From: Podarcis muralis
Lineage: Eukaryota
NCBI RefSeq assembly: GCF_964188315.1
Contig: NC_135658.1
Location: 63,488,001 to 63,552,000 of the forward strand
Reading direction: 5' to 3'
Length of the DNA: 64,000 nt
Shown here: positions 63,136 through 64,000 of the stretch, in pieces
How positions within the stretch are numbered: the stretch's first letter is position 1
Layout of the letters: every line of letters begins with the position of its first letter
Notes under the pieces: model-generated
What the model was told of the DNA's origin: nothing
The model's input: the letters and a program-made list of their open reading frames with translations, nothing else
The model's database searches: none
Position numbers and translations under genes: made by a program

Positions 63136-64000
63136 AATGATCTTTTCTATACATTAAGCAAAAAAAGAAGGGATATACAGGAGCATCTCTCAGTGAAATG
63201 GGTGTGTTCATTGTACAGTGTGAAAAGTCACTTTGTTGCTTTCCAAAACTAGTTTTGGAAGGCATTGTTAGGATATCTAGAATTTCTTTACAGAGTCTTG
63301 GTAGAGTTCTCTTCATTTTCCTATTCACCTTTCCTTTGTTTTTGGACAATGGACATCTGAATTTCAGCAGTTTAGTTTTCATCCTTTGTCTCCCTTTATT
63401 CTTAACTACCCCCATGCCTGTTTCGCCTTCTCCCAACCTAGCTCAATTGGTTATTAACATTTTCCTTGGGCTGAAGCAGAGAAAGTTTGAAGCTACATGT
63501 CAGAATGCAAGTGTGTGCTGCTGGCGGGCTCCTTGCACATGTGTTCTGTGGAACAATAGAAGATTAATGAGCCTATATTTTATAGCTTTCAAAACACTTT
63601 AGCTGGGAAATTATCTGTTTTGGCTAATTGCTATATATCATGAAAAATGCTGTTCTCAGTAATTCCCTTTTGCTTTGCATTTTGGCCCTGATTCCCCTGT
63701 CCCTGTGCCATACACAGTTATTTATCTCTGCATAAAGTGGGTATAAAATGTTACTACTCGAGTGACTGATGATTTGTGACAAGGCAGCATTTTGCAGAAG
63801 CTTTGTACAGGTATAAATAGCTACACAAGACCCATATATCTTCTAAAATCCACAGCGATTTCATTGTACACATTTGTAGGTGTAGGGTGGGAAGGAGGGC
63901 TGCACATTCTAACTGCAAGCACAGTCAGCTGAAATATATTGCCGCATCTCTAGACAGCATATTACTTCAGTCTCAAACTAACAGTAGATACTCAGAGACA

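Noticed and set aside
63098-63602. Overlapping 112-aa and 134-aa ORFs
   Set aside because: Driven by a pyrimidine/purine strand bias and a TG repeat. No domain recognised.
1-64000. CRISPR arrays, rRNA, standalone tRNA genes, operons or defence systems
   Set aside because: This is vertebrate DNA with no regularly spaced repeat-spacer array. The tRNA-like sequences are SINE heads.

Overview
Vertebrate genomic DNA, most likely a lacertid-type lizard: it carries a Sauria SINE, a BovB/RTE LINE, and CR1, L2 and L1 LINEs. It is AT-rich and has two sized assembly gaps (2077-2225, 33226-33356). I found no host protein-coding exon that I can name. Every ORF-track entry with recognisable homology comes from a retroelement, and the rest look like chance or microsatellite ORFs. 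The window reads as a long intron or an intergenic region. Well-supported content is a layered transposon record, several elements with readable target-site duplications (TSDs): L1 with a 12-bp TSD, BovB with an 11-bp TSD, hAT-type MITEs with 8-bp TSDs, four TA-flanked Tc1/mariner-type MITEs, and nested solo LTRs with 5-bp and 4-bp TSDs. There are also Penelope-like, CR1 and L2 fragments. The most interesting non-repeat signals are motif-level hypotheses only: a strong candidate recursive splice site at 8848/8849, candidate microexons (3 nt at 43209 on -, 6 nt and 27 nt at 37223 and 37549 on +), a dual promoter-like or terminal-exon-like element at about 24.0-24.3 kb, and a CTCF-like site. I cannot claim a new biological system from the sequence alone.
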